From assembly GCF_006345805.1 (NCBI RefSeq), contig NC_043016.1, positions 1,178,001 through 1,242,000 of the forward strand: a stretch of 64,000 bases of DNA. The letters are read 5' to 3'. Of this stretch, positions 25,018 through 38,860 are shown piece by piece. The notes under the pieces were generated by a model that did no database searches, was not told the DNA's origin, and was given only the letters and a program-made list of their open reading frames with translations. The position numbers were made by a program, and so were the translations under genes. This stretch comes from Octopus sinensis (lineage: Eukaryota). Position 1 is the stretch's first letter, and every line of letters begins with the position of its first letter.

Positions 25018-27164
25018 TGTTTTTCCCTCTTTCTTCAGAATTTCTTCCGTTTCTCGCCGAGTGTTTTCCATACACCTAGGGCAGAGAACCTCATTGTATG
25101 CATTCCCAGATTACACGCGCAAATTCACAGATAAAATATGTATTTAAAAATTAATGAATAAATAAATTCATGGATGGATGTTGTTTTCACAGCAATAATG
25201 CTCCTCTCAGTACATGTGCCGTTCCAGTTAATACGATATTTGCACTTCCTATAGGGATGGTAAGCCTGGTATCATTTTCAAATAGGTTTCAGCACCTTTT
25301 TTATCATTACTAGAGATCCTACAATCACTGGTACTGTAGTCGCCTTGAGATGCCACATTTTTTCAATTTCTATTAGCAAGTCTTTATATTTACTAATCTT
25401 GTCAAATTCTTTCGCCGCTATATTGTGATCGCAAGGAATACTCATGTCAATTAATAAACACATCTTTTTTGTCTGATTATTTATAATAATATCCGGTTTA
25501 TTAGCTTTTATAGTCTTGTCGGTCTATACGGGGAAGTCCCATAGAATCGACATATTTTCTCCCTCAGTCACAGCTTCAGGATGGTGTTTATACCATTTGT
25601 CAGCGGTTTTGATTTTATAATACCGACATATTGTCCAATGTAAATACTGGCCGACTCTGTCATGTCTTGCTTTATATTCTGCTGGTGCTAAGACACTACA
25701 CCCTGAGATTAGGTGGTCTATTGTTTCAATCTCATCGTTACAGAATCGGCATTTTGAGTCAGCTCCATTTTTTATCACATTGGCTTGGTAGTTCCGGGTT
25801 AATAAGCTTTGGTCTGGAGCAGCTAATATGAAATCTTCACTCTCTGCTTTTAGCCCTGAGCTTCGTAACCATTGGTGCGTGTGTTTCTGGTCGACATCAG
25901 CTTGTTTGCTACGGGCCACATACTTGCCATGGAGAGGTTTCTGTTCCCATCTGCTAGCTAAATTTTCATGTGCTTTTCTCTTTACAATTAATTTTATTTT
26001 CTTTGCAGCTGCAGTTGGCGCATTTCCTTCAGCCTGATCAATCTGGTGGGTATCTAAGAGATCAGCAGCGAATTCTTTGCTCTGTTTGAGAAGTCTTTTC
26101 AGTCTTTCATGTTTTTCAACAAGTTTTAGCATCCAATCGTTGGTTGCTTCAAGGTATTTGGCCAGTCCGATTGTGTTGGTTTTGTATGTAAGTTCAAGCT
26201 GGATAAAACCTCGACCTCCCTGAGCTCTGGGAAGGAAAAGGCAATCCACGTCTTCCTTTGGGTGGTGCATCTTATTACAAGTCAGTAGCTTGCGGATTTT
26301 TCTGTCAATTTTCATTATTTCACTGGTATTCCAGTTAAGCACATTGAAGCTATAAAGAACAACTGGTACTGCTAAGGAATTTATGGCTAATACCTTAATA
26401 TATGCATTCAGCTCAGACTTCAAGACTGCTCGAACTCTTCTATAACATTCCTTACTAACCTTCTCTTTCATGCTTGCATGATGGATACCAGAGCCTTCAT
26501 TTATTCCTAGGTATTTATACGTTTGTTCCTGCTCAAGTTCCTTTATTACTATTCCGACATCTAATTCGATTGAAGTAGACTTTACCAATTTCCCTTTCTT
26601 AAAAGTGGCTTTGGCACACTTTTCAAGGCCAAACTCCATCCCGATATCATCACTGAATCCTTTCACAGTATGTAATAATCCTTCAAGCTCTTCATCATCT
26701 TTGCCATATAGCTTTAAATCATCCATATAAAATAGATAGCTTATTTTCCTGTTGTCAATTTTGTAGCCATATCCTGTTCTATTCAGTTCACTTGAGAGTG
26801 GTATTAGTGCTATGCAGAAAATTAGTGGTGAAAGTGAGTCACCTTGGAAAATTCCACAGTTTATGCTAATGTTGTTTGAGCGCAATACTCCATTAGAATG
26901 ATATAATTGGAGCTTCGTGTTCCATAGTGACATATACTGTAAAAAATCTGAAATCACAGGGGAAATTTTGAAAATGTCCAGCTATTTCAGAATCCACGAA
27001 TGTGGTATGCTGTCAAAGGCTTTTTGTAATCAATCCATGAAGAGCTGAGATTTCTGCCCTTGTTATGGCAGTTCTCAAGGATCATGCGGTTAATTAGGGG
27101 CTGATCTTTGCATCCTTTTTGTTCAATGGGAAAGAGGTTATTCTCTTCCATAAACGTGTTTTCC

Positions 27165-27165
<1 letters not shown>
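25018..27165 (-). mobile_element. R4/Dong LINE copy D (third subfamily), 5'-truncated
   Basis: GIFQGDSLSPLIF, LFYMDDLKLY, CRFCNDEIETIDHLISGC..YKARHD; (TAA)n tail. Confidence 0.92.
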
Positions 27166-27224
<59 letters not shown>

Positions 27225-27276
27225 ATACTGCTACTACTACTACTACTACTACAACTACTACTGCTGCTGCTGCTGA

Positions 27277-27330
<54 letters not shown>

Positions 27331-27357
27331 AACTACTACTGCTGTTGCTGCTGCTGA

Positions 27358-27395
<38 letters not shown>

Positions 27396-27398
27396 TTA

Positions 27399-27459
<61 letters not shown>

Positions 27460-27655
27460 ATTGTCTTTGCACAGCTTCTAACGCTGGAGAAGTATTACAG
27501 TATCAGCTGTTCACTACCAGTGAACTAAGATAACACCCTTATATTTCGAGCACCATCCAGAGTATTCGAGCGGTTCCAAGCAGTGTTATTTTCTGCAAGT
27601 GCTCTACCCTTATTACAGCCCCTATTTGTTCCATGTACTTCTCAAGATTTTTACT
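27460..27655 (-). mobile_element. R4/Dong 3' end, copy E (fourth subfamily), with a TAA/TAG/CAG tail at 27166-27460
   Basis: Manual translation KNLEKYMEQIGAVIRVEHLQKITLLGTARILWMVLEI*. Confidence 0.75.
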
Positions 27656-27659
27656 CACT

Positions 27660-28480
27660 GTTCCCAGAGCTCCGATAATTTGTTTGACAGCTTCTTAGCT
27701 GATGTCTACAGTAACTGGCAGCAGAACGGAAGAATTCCTTGTGCTGTTTGCGGAGTGTAGTAACACTGCTGAGAAAGGATACCGACAACTGGGACGTGCT
27801 AAGGAATTTTCGGCCCATAACTCTACTAAACACAAACTTTAAGCTTTTGGCCAAGGTGTTAGCGAAATGGTTGACGCTTGTCGTTGATAGTCTGGTCGGG
27901 GAGGCACAAACGTGCGCAATCCCCAGCAGGTCTATTCGTGACAACCTCCACTTTATGCGATACATCGCGCGGGCCTTGATCAATTTAGATCAGACGAAAG
28001 CTTTCGATAGTGTAGGCCATCGCTACCTGGAAGCCGTCTTTAAAACGGCCGGTTTCGGACCCGTTTTCAGAGGCTGGATTGCTGCAAGGCACAGTGGCAC
28101 CTGCTCGGTTGTCAAAGTAACTGGCCACCTATCGGAACCGTTTAGTATTGCATGTTCGGTCCGTCAGGGCTGCCTGCTGTTACCACTTCTGTATGTACTG
28201 GCTCTCGAGCTACTGCTGCGGAAGTTGGAACAGTTATGAGGCCTCTCTTTCGAAACTGGACTCGAGAGGGTAGTGTCTACATTCGCGGATAACGTCAACG
28301 TCATAGTGTCGGACGCGTCGGAAGTGAGACGGTCGGGTCCTTTGGAAAGGGGCTAAAACCAATGCCGACAAGTCGGTGGGATTGCGACTGGGCACCTGGA
28401 GAGGCAAATAGGGACGAAACCAAACCCAAGCAGTTAAACTGCTCGGAGTATAGTTTGGTCCCGACCTCCATATCATACCT
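27660..28480 (+). pseudogene. L1/Tx1-clade RT fragment
   Basis: NFRPITLLNTNFKLLAKVLA, LDQTKAFDSVGH, SVRQGCLLLPLLYVLALE. Confidence 0.85.
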
Positions 28481-28482
28481 AT

Positions 28483-29350
28483 TGCGCCTACTATGATAGG
28501 AATTGTTACTGTTTTTAGACTCCACATTCGAGTTACCTCTATTTCCAGGTCTTTGTATTTTGAAAGTTTCTCCATTTCTTTTAGAGAAACGTTGTCATAT
28601 GTTGATATTCATACATCGATTAGAAAGCATTTTTTCTTCATGATCTCTGACAACCATATCGGGCCTATTGGCCTTAATTTCTTTATCTGTGTATACTGGC
28701 ATATTCCAAAGTATGGCTGCTTTCTCATTTTCTGTGTCCTTTTCTGCCATGTACCTATACTAGCTTCTTTCTGTTGTTACTCCATGGTGTTGGCATAGCT
28801 TCCAGTGTATGTAGGTCCCAGAGACAATATAATTTATTATTTCTTGTCCATCTTCACATATTCTGCAGTTTCTTATGTTTCTTCTCATTATATATGTTTT
28901 TTGTTAATTTCTGGTGGGGGAGGCTTTGGTCTTGTGCTGCAATTAAAATTCCTCCAGTCTCTGCTTTGATTCCTTCTCAGCCATTGTTGGGATTTTTCTC
29001 TGCCTATTTCTTTTGCGTTTAGCTTAGCCCAGTATTTGCCATGAAGGGGCTATTTTTGCCATCGTTTTATCATTGTCCGTTGCTGTTGCAGTTTTAGTTT
29101 AGATTTCAGTTGTTTTACAGCTTTTGTTGTTTCTTCTTTTTCTTCATAGTTGTTAGTTACTATGACTTCTTTTTTGTATTTGTCAGCTTCTTTAAAGACT
29201 GAAAACAGGATTTTGTATTGTTCATGTTTTGTGGCTATTTGCATTAGTTTTCCTTGCTTCCATTTTCGTAGTCTTATGGTGGTTATTTTGTAATACTTAA
29301 TGCTTTTCTAGCAGTATAAGACCTCTACTACCTTCTATACGTTGTATATA
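28483..29350 (-). mobile_element. R4/Dong fragment F (A/B subfamily), both ends missing
   Basis: EKLSKYKDLEIEVTRMWSLKTVTIPIIVGAIGMI; homologous to 18900-20050. Confidence 0.85.
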
Positions 29351-29501
29351 TAACCTTTCTTCTTCTTCTTCTTCTTCTTCTTCTTCTTCTTCTTCTTCTT
29401 CTTCTTCTTCTTCTTCTTCTTCTTCTTCTTCTTCTTCTTCTTCTTCTTCTTCTTCTCTTCTTCTTCTTTTTCTTCTTCTTCTTCTTCTTCTTCTTCTTCT
29501 T

Positions 29502-29532
<31 letters not shown>

Positions 29533-30179
29533 TTATTATTATTTGAAAAGTTTGATTCGCTTATATTTGTATAAAAGGACCCAAAACTAATCTTAAAACT
29601 CATTCTAATTTAATGATAACTATGAGATTGGAAGAGGGGCACTGATGGACTTGGTCTGCTCTATACACGATGACACTTCTGGGGCCGCTAACCTAGGAGG
29701 ATCTCAGCGTCATTGAGCAAGAACATGAAGCAAGCAGCAAGCAAGTATTTGATGATTCACTCCCCCACTTTTATCAAAATATGTCAGTTGCGAATCTGTG
29801 CACACACGCACACACACGAACGCATGCACGTACGTATGCACGCGCGCGCGTGCACACACACACACAACCGCACTAACACACATACTCACATAAAAGCACC
29901 CATGTGGTGAAATGTGTCACTGTAACATAAAACTCACTGTGTTATATAAAACGTGTCACTAACAGTGACGTTTTAGAAGATTATACAGGATAATTAGAGA
30001 TGTTAATTATATACTGTTTATTAATAATTCTGTGTTAGCAATTAAAGATAGGAAAAAATAGTTGCAAATGAGGGAGTGAAATTCTGTGTTTGTGACTATA
30101 TATAGCACTTATATTCACATGTGTGACGCGTGCAGGCTTCACATACACTCATTCTTGTATGTATGTATGCTTTTGCTAA

Positions 30180-31295
30180 GGTTAGCTCTCTGGGAATATA
30201 TGTCAGATATCGATCTTCTGGCCACCTCTTTAATCTTCGCCGATTTGCTGCCAATTCAAAGGTTTCCCAGTCTATTATTATTGACCTCCTTTATGCAGAT
30301 GACTGTGACTTAGTCACTCATACAGTGGATGACATGCAAATACTTATGAACCATATTTCTGCGTCTTGCAAGGCATTAGCCTGGACTGACTATTGTAATG
30401 TTCCAGCCTTCACCAGGAAATCCATATATGGAACCAGCTATCTTGGTTGAAGGAATAATTCTGAAGGTAGTAGACAAGTTTGTCTACCTGGGCAGCACAC
30501 TCAGCCGTTCTTGCTCCCTGGATGAGGAAATAACTTTCAGGTTGCAGAGAGCAACTAATTCCTTCCGGTCTCTTCAGTCTCGTGTCTGGTCCCAACATGG
30601 CATCGCAAGGAGAACAAAAGTCGCTGTGTACCGTGCTTGTGTACTGACATCGCTTCTCTACTCATGTGAGACATGGACTCTGTACAAACGTCAGGTCAGG
30701 GTCCTTGAACGTTTTCATCAGAGATGTCTCAGACACATTCTCAATGTTGGCTGGACCTCAAAATTCCAGACACACAGATCCTGAGGACAGCTGATATCTT
30801 GAGTATTGAGGCAATGGTATACAAGCACCGGTTGCGTTGGACTGGACACCTTATTAGAATGGAGGATAGAAGGATTCCTAAGCAGATGCTCTATGGAGAA
30901 ATTGTGAATGGAAGGAGACTCCGGCAGAAACCAAGGCTGCGATTTAAGAACTGTGTCAAGTCTTCGTTAAAGGCCTTTGATATGCAGGACACTGACTGGG
31001 AGAACAATGCCTGTCATCGCCACAGATGGAGGAAACAGGTTAAGGAGGGGATCGACACTTTTTAGAGAGCACGTATCCAGCATGAAGAACTTAAGCGAGC
31101 TGCACGAAAGTGCACGGCTCGTATAGTGAATGGGGAAAGCTTGGTCTGCAATGTTTGCAGTCGTGTATGCTTGTAAAGAGCCGGGCTCATTAGCCACCAA
31201 CGGAGCCGCAAATGCAAAATATAAGTTAGTCCTAGAGCGCACAATGTTCCTGAAGGTCGGCAATGGTCTTCCTCGGTCACGAGTGGACGGCCATC
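30180..31295 (+). mobile_element. RTE (BovB-like) LINE 3' fragment with a (TATG)n tail
   Basis: DLLYADDC, VDKFVYLGSTLS, LLYSCETWTLY, LRWTGHLIRMEDRRIPKQMLYGE. Confidence 0.88.
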
Positions 31296-31613
31296 ATGTA
31301 TGTATGTATGTATGTATGTATGTATGTATGTATGTATGTATGTATGTATGTATTTATGTATGTATGTATGTATGTATGCATGTATGTATGTATGTATGTA
31401 TGTATGTATGTATGTATGTATGTATGTATGTGTGTATGTGTATGCATGTATGTATGTATATATGTTTATATACATATATATATATATATAACTTATAAAA
31501 TTTTCTTTAGCCCTTATTTATAAGTTGTTTATAATTTTAACCTTAAAGGTATTTTAATATGCTGCCACATTTTTTTATGGAATTTTTTTCTGTAAAAAAA
31601 CTTCATCCTATAT

Positions 31614-31657
<44 letters not shown>

Positions 31658-32165
31658 TATATATGTATGAAAAAACAAGTCAAGATGGCAAATGCTAAAA
31701 TAATTTTATAAAGAACATTTCAGTACCGGTTAGGTCATTTGAGACTTTTTCAACTGTAACTGTTAAATAATTAAATTTAGAAAAATTAAAAGAAAAGTTT
31801 TTTTAAAAGAATATTTTTCTAGTGTTCAAATATAAGTGACATTTTCCTTGTTTCTGCCTTTCTCTATCTCTCTTGTTTACTCTTGCGGGTTCAAGGTTCA
31901 TGTGAATTCTTGGTAGGGAAGAAGAAGGATAAGATCGTTCTTTAAAATACTAATCATATTAGGTAGCTAGCATGGGAATAAAAACTCATAGGTAATACTT
32001 ATTATTAAAATTATAATTAAGGGTATCTAAGAGATACCACCATGCTAGATATAGCAGCCAAAACTTGACTATATATATATAACTTACTTTTTTAAATATT
32101 ATTATATGATATATATATATATATATGTATGCATATATACATACGTATATGTACATACTTACATC

Positions 32166-32199
<34 letters not shown>

Positions 32200-32207
<8 letters not shown>

Positions 32208-32854
32208 CATGCATATGTGGGCACAGGACGTCGCGAAGCGTGTACAACAAAAAAGTACGAAGCACGAGTACATGGAACATGAGCTATTCTATCGAACAAC
32301 GCAAGACGCAAATGGAGAACAAAACAAACAACATAAAGAACGACCCTTCATCAGTTGTTGGCTGTTTTTCTAGTCTCGTATTTCGAGTATTTAACAACTA
32401 TTTCAATAAAACAGTTGCTCTCGCAAAATAAAAATTGGGATTTTGCGGAAAGTCAAAATTGGTAACATAAACAGGACAGTGAAAAAAAGCAGGAAGAGCT
32501 GCTAAACCTAAACGAGATTGTGGTGGCGAACGTGTAAATCAAGATATAACAGGAAACAGACAAAAACACATATTCTTTGTTCCAGCTACAACGGAGAGAA
32601 AGAAAGATGGCCGATGGTCACGTGGGAAGCATGTGAGTAAGGGAGGAGGAGTGCGGGAGAGAGAGAGACAGAGTACTAAGATAGAATAGTGGGAAAAGAG
32701 GATATAAAAGAATAAGAGAGAGAAAAAGAGAGAAAAACGAAAGACTAAAAGGATCGTATAGAGTGCGCATCAGAATTATTAAGATAAAACTTACTTGGAA
32801 GAGCGTGCGTGGTGTTCAACAATATAATAATATAAATTATATATATATATATAT

Positions 32855-32889
<35 letters not shown>

Positions 32890-33010
32890 GCATATATACA
32901 TATGTATAAGTACATACATCTACTAAAGATTAGTTAATGTGCTATGTACTCGTGATTCGTAATTTTTGTTGTACACGTTTCGTGACGTCCTGTGCCCACA
33001 TATGCATATA
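32200..33010. repeat. Fold-back module with a degenerate hammerhead (minus 32276-32359); right arm re-duplicated at 33050-33180
   Basis: Arms ~32200-32293 and ~32924-33010; minus strand AACAA-CUGAUGA-AGGG..UUC-GAUA-GAAUAGC-UC-AUGUU. Confidence 0.65.
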
Positions 33011-33021
33011 TATATATATAT

Positions 33022-33060
<39 letters not shown>

Positions 33061-33172
33061 TATATACATATGTATAAGTACATACATCTACTAAAGATTA
33101 GTTAATGTGCTATGTACTCGTGATTCGTAATTTTTGTTGTACACGTTTCGTGACGTCCTGTGCCCACATATG

Positions 33173-33207
<35 letters not shown>

Positions 33208-33213
33208 TATATA

Positions 33214-33736
33214 TATTAATAGTTATTGCCATACTAATATGGCAGTATATAAATATAAGACTAAGCTATCGCTGATTAGCTCCAAGAGGCCATCGCCTCT
33301 AGCTAGCTATATGACACACGAACCTGTGTCCATTACAACCTTCGAACAGGGGAGGTCAGCCGCTTCACCTTGCTAGTCAGACATCTGCAGACATGTTTCA
33401 GGGTTGTTGCCCTTTATCAATGCAGCGTAGTTAGAACCAGCAGGTGTCGCTACTGACCGTCTGTTCGAAGATTTTATTTACCTAGTTACAGTGGAATACA
33501 TCCACTTGTTTTCAATAATAGAAATATTAAAATTACTAAGTCTCTCTAAAGGAGATTACGGCAGCGTTACTGGATATTAATAGTTATCGCCATACTAATA
33601 TGGCAGTCTATAAATATAAGACTAAAGCTGTCACTGATTAGCTCCAAGAGGCCATCACATCTAGCTAGCTATATGACACACGAACCTGCGTCCATTACAA
33701 CCTTCGAACAGGGGAGGTCAGCCGCTTCACCTTGCT
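33214..33736 (-). mobile_element. 1.45-mer of a 360-bp ORF-less unit (pLTR/retrozyme-like) with a degenerate hammerhead at 33386-33424
   Basis: Direct repeats 33214-33376 and 33574-33736; minus strand UGCA-UUGAUAA-AGGG(CAACAA)CCCU-GAAA-CAUG-UC|UGCA. Confidence 0.7.
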
Positions 33737-33744
33737 ATATGCAT

Positions 33745-34560
33745 GAGAATTGAAGGTAGAAGAATATCTTCAATTTCTTCGGACGAGGCAGCATTCCATA
33801 ATGCTGCACCTTATTACGATAGCACATTAAGGAATAGTGGATTCTCTGAGAGGATCCAGTACAACCAGCTTAATGATGATAATAATGCTGCACGAAGAAC
33901 TAGTACCAGGAAAGTTTTGTGGTTCAACCCGGCTTTCAATTTGGCCGTAAAAACTAATATAGGTAAGGAATTTTTGAAATTAGTCTCTAGGCATTTTAAG
34001 CAGGACCATAAATTCTATAGGATATTTAATAGAAGAACCCTGAAGGTTAGCTATTCTTGTTGCAGAAATTTCGCCTCTTACATTAGCCAGCATAATAGGA
34101 ATCTGATTGAGATTAAACATGGTGCCGAGCCCATTAAGAAATGCAATTACAAAAAGGAATCCTCCTGTCCGTTGGAAGGGAAATGTCTAGTAAAAGGAGT
34201 AGTTTATAGAGCCAAGGTACAAATAGAAGGCTCATCGGAATACAAGACATATACAGGGCCTCACAAAATTCGTTTAAAACGCGATTTTATTCGCATAAAA
34301 ATTCATTTAGATACCCAGAAAATAGGAAGAGGACCAGCCTAGCAAAATATGTCTGGGAACTAAAAGAAAAGGAAACCCCACCTTTCAACGTGACATGGAG
34401 CATTCTGGATAGAGCGGCACCATACAGGCATGGAGCACACAAGAATAATTTTAAATGCAATATTTGCCTGTTAGAGAAACTTTATATTTTATTCAAAGAC
34501 AATAATTCTTTGAATCAAAGAAGTGAGCTGATGAACTTATGCAGGCACGTTTGAAATGTC
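33745..34560 (+). pseudogene. PLE 3' fragment (thumb, linker, GIY-YIG)
   Basis: RRISSISSDEAAF, RKVLWFNPAF..KTNIGKEFL, FNRRTLKVSYSC, CPLEGKCLVKGVVYRA..YKTYTG, CNICLLEK. Confidence 0.88.
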
Positions 34561-35760
34561 AAACATAAATATACCATATGGATAGAGTATATATTTTGTC
34601 TTTTTGTATTTTTGATTTTTGAAATTTTGATTTTGATTCTTGGACTAGTATGTAAACGCAACGATGGATTTGTTTCGCGCTATGCAGATTTCATTCCGTA
34701 TAGCAAAGTCTCATGCATATATGTTGTTTATTTTGTTTATATTTCTACATATTCCTTAGGAAAAACCTTCGGCTTAGTTTATTTCATGTTATTATATTGT
34801 ATAGGCTTACTTTGATTTTTTATTTATAGATGATCCGAAATAGGGTGTTATATTTTACATGTCTCGTATAATTTTCATTATTGCACTCACCATTTTTTTA
34901 AAAGCAATGTTGTCAAAAATTAGAATTTTGATGTAAATATGTGTATAGCCACGAATATGTATTTGTAAGCATACGTCTCTGTGTATGTGTAAGTGAGCGT
35001 ATGTTTGTGCTTAAGCACACACATACACGACAGCATGTGTATGTATCCACTTGAACTTGTATGTTTGTGTACATGTCTCTATATATATGTGTCAATATGC
35101 GTGGTTACACAGTTTGTATACATAATTTTTCTTATTTCGTTCTTCTCCACCCCTCCTTTTTTCTTTTTTTCCTTCCCCCTTTTTCTTTTTTCTCTCTCTT
35201 CCTTTTTTTTTCTCTACTATACGATACTTGTATAGAGTCATGCAACTTTACGTCCCCCGCCACTTACTCATGTCTTAAACGTTGCTTCGTAAATAAGAAC
35301 GCTACTTTACCATCCATGATTTTAGCTTGCGTGTGAACTAGATTGCGTATACATATGTATACATGCATTTGTGTGTATATTTTAGCTTTATATTTATACG
35401 TCTGTATATGTATGGGGTTTGCACGCATCTATCTGTGTATGTTGATATATATGTATACTTTAATATGAATATGTATTTTTAATGCATTTCAATTTCCATT
35501 TATTAATTATATTTCGTTCATTAAGGTCAATATGTATTTTATTCAATGTAAGGTTTTTCCTCGAATTTTATAACTTTTATAATTTATATATATATGTCTT
35601 GGCTGCACGCTGGTAGGAGGGGGCTGGTGGCACAGACTTTCATTCACACTTTGAATTTGGCGATACTAGTAACGGCTTCGGCTCGCTCTGATACTATCAG
35701 TTGAGATGATGTCTTCTAGTACCGCGAAATTTAATATACAATTATTCATAATTGTAGTAT

Positions 35761-35851
35761 CCTACGCTGATGAGAAAAGAAGTTGGGTAAGACAGGATTA
35801 TCTAATTCTTATGCTTTCCTAAAACTTGATTTCGAAACGTACGTCCGTAGG
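35761..35851 (+). ncRNA. Type I hammerhead ribozyme
   Basis: CCUACG-CUGAUGA-GAAA..UUUC-GAAA-CGUACG-UC|CGUAGG; 6-bp stem I, palindromic stem III, cut after C35845. Confidence 0.9.
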
Positions 35852-36234
35852 TGACTTTTTATTGTATGATCGATTGTCGTTATTTTCTTTCTCTCTTGCC
35901 TGTCTGTGTTTGCCTTTCAAGTGCTGTGGTTTTACTGAGATCTCCCTTTTAGTAGAAAGGAATAGCTATAACTCTTTGACTGCTATTTCTAAATTCGGTG
36001 TGTAGTGAGGCAAATCGTTGCTAAACCCTTAATTACTTAGTATTACTTAAACTTTCCTCAAATGGGGCTTTTACATGCCGAAATCTCTCTCTCTCTCTAT
36101 ATATTTGAGCTCATTTTTGTTTATCGCTCGAAGATTGACCGTTATTTCTAAAGGGCCAATCAAACAAGTCCAATTTTTAAGGTGTAGCGTTTGTAATAGT
36201 CTGGATAGATTGACATATCGGTTCCATTCTACAA

Positions 36235-36308
36235 AAAATGGCCGATGAACGGCAACGGGAAACTCAGAGTAACAGCTTTTGTTGAATTTTCTGCTGCTTT
36301 AAATAAAG
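36235..36308 (+). ncRNA. Degenerate hammerhead of the 1008 family (CCGAUGA core)
   Basis: CCGATGAACGGCAACGGGAAACTCAGAGTAACAG, followed by the same downstream sequence as 1046-1080. Confidence 0.55.
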
Positions 36309-36363
<55 letters not shown>

Positions 36364-36365
36364 TA

Positions 36366-36408
<43 letters not shown>

Positions 36409-36616
36409 ACTAGCCCCAAACGTTTTCTATTTTCTCTCCCAGTTTTATTTCTGTGTTCCTTCTGTCGGAGATGGTAGGCCTCGAAACGTAAAAGACTTTC
36501 TCACTCCCGAGCGTTAAACTAATACATCAGTTTGTTGTTGTTGACACACATTGTCTTAGTCTTTTGTTTTTTTTGTAAATTCTCACTATATATATATATC
36601 TATGATCCATAGTTTT

Positions 36617-36670
<54 letters not shown>

Positions 36671-36676
<6 letters not shown>

Positions 36677-37180
36677 GTGTATATTCATACACAAAAAAGT
36701 AACCCCAACAGGACACCTTACATGATAAAATAACTGTCAAAGTCCAAACCACAGTTAAGTGTAATTTCGAAGGGGGTGAAAAATATAAACGTTTTCAATA
36801 GTTACTACTTGTACTAGGTTTCGAACATTAATGAACTAATAAGATAATTTGTTATCCGTGTTCTTCATCAGCAAGGGCGCTTATAATTAACATATTATTG
36901 TGGGACAAATAGAGAGCACGTGTCCCATCTTTATACATTATAACTTTTCAAATTCAAGCGCAGTTATAGTCGGCAGCGAATAAAAATAAATGTATCAACT
37001 TTATTAGAAGCTAATTATTTTATTTGTTCATTAATGTTCGAAATTTAGGTACAAGTGGTAACTTTTGAAAATGTTTTTATTTTTCACCCCCTTCGAAATT
37101 ACTCTTAACTATGGTTTGGACTTTGACTGTGAAGTGCCCTGATAGGGTCACATCTTTTGTGTACGAATTTACACTAATTT
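36671..37180. repeat. Fold-back module with diverged ~170-bp inverted arms
   Basis: Arms 36671-36841 and 37021-37180, many substitutions. Confidence 0.85.
36808..36875 (-). ncRNA. Type I hammerhead ribozyme
   Basis: CUUG-CUGAUGA-A-GAACA..UGUUC-GAAA-CCUAG-UA|CAAG. Confidence 0.8.
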
Positions 37181-37255
37181 TATATAAATAATATTTTGTC
37201 ATTGACTATTTTTTGCATGCTAGCCACTTGTAGAAAATTCCCCCTCTCCCTCTTA

Positions 37256-37308
<53 letters not shown>

Positions 37309-37772
37309 TATATATATAGTAAAAGAGTAAAATAGTATATGTATATGTGTATGCTTATCACTTAACAGAACCTGATCGCAATGCATGGGTGAAAGTGGTA
37401 ACAGCTTAGCGTGCAATAAAGTTTCAATCGTACTGCTCAACTTGTTTCAGTACGCTGAACAAAACCTTCGACAGATTACTGAACAACAAAAACCAGCAAC
37501 AACAAGATCAAGAACAACAGTAACAATAAAAACAATACCACAACGACAACAACAATAACCACAACAACAACAGTGTAACTGCAACAATATGAAAACAGAT
37601 TGTGGGAGGAAAAAATCAATGTTCTTAGTGTAGTAGAGCAAAACTATAAAATTAATGGAAGCATATACAAGCGTACACAGAGATACACGCAAACGCAAGT
37701 ATCTCCGAGCACACACATATATATTGATATAGAAATATATACATTTACATACATATTTGTATTTGTGTGCGA

Positions 37773-37807
<35 letters not shown>

Positions 37808-38256
37808 TTCCAAAATATCACAAATATTATTCAATATGCAATAAATTTTCTATAAAATTTTCTTATTTCACAATGCCAAATTTAAGATCAATTATAGCAT
37901 CCATAATAGAACAAAATCAAATATCAAACATTCAAGTCATTTAACACTGATAAGAAACCAAGGATAAATAATATAATCCGGAACACCTAATCCATATAAT
38001 TCAACATCAAATACAAATGACTCTAAATCGTCGGTAGCATTGAAATTCAACCCCGCAAAATATAGATAATAGCAACAATAAATTGAAGGATTCTGCCTCC
38101 GTAGAAATGTAGTATATAAATGTACAGTAGTATCGGCTAAGTATGATGCTAGAACATATATAAGTAGTACTGTTGAATTTTAAAAAACCACAGAAAGATA
38201 AAGAATGCATTGAAATTCATTTATTAATATTAAATATAAAAATTCTACTACTCTAG

Positions 38257-38329
<73 letters not shown>

Positions 38330-38771
38330 AATGAATAACAATATTAATTATAAAATTTCTTTGTCTATACTAGGAAGCTCCCTCCCCTATAATGTAATTT
38401 AAGCATTAGGGTATCATACATTATTCTTAAATCATATAATTCGTGCACATTAAATAAATTCTCTAATACCATTCATTCATGTACACATACATTTCATTCA
38501 TCTTTCATGAAACTCTATAAGACGAGATATAAGGAATGAAGTATTTGACAGCCCTGCTTCTTCCTCTATTAGCAATTAATTATTCCCGGAATGTTTTGAA
38601 AAACCGATTTTTAAAAAATTCTCCTATCATCCTACACTAGAAATTTTTTCGTATATGAGCGTTAATATTCGTAAAAGTGGTCCGTATCTGATAGAGTAGC
38701 AGACGACTCACATAATGTAACCTGAAATTTACTTTTCTCTTACGTTTCCTCAAACTTAATTATCTATTTAC

Positions 38772-38860
38772 TTATTCCTGATGAAGGGGACATTGTCAGT
38801 GTGAAACTAAAAGATTCAAACCTTGCTCAATAAGGGACTCCTGAAACGGACGTCGAATTG
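38772..38860 (+). ncRNA. Type I hammerhead ribozyme
   Basis: AUUC-CUGAUGA(38778)-AGGGG..CUCCU-GAAA(38843)-CGGACG-UC|GAAU; cut after C38854. Confidence 0.8.
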
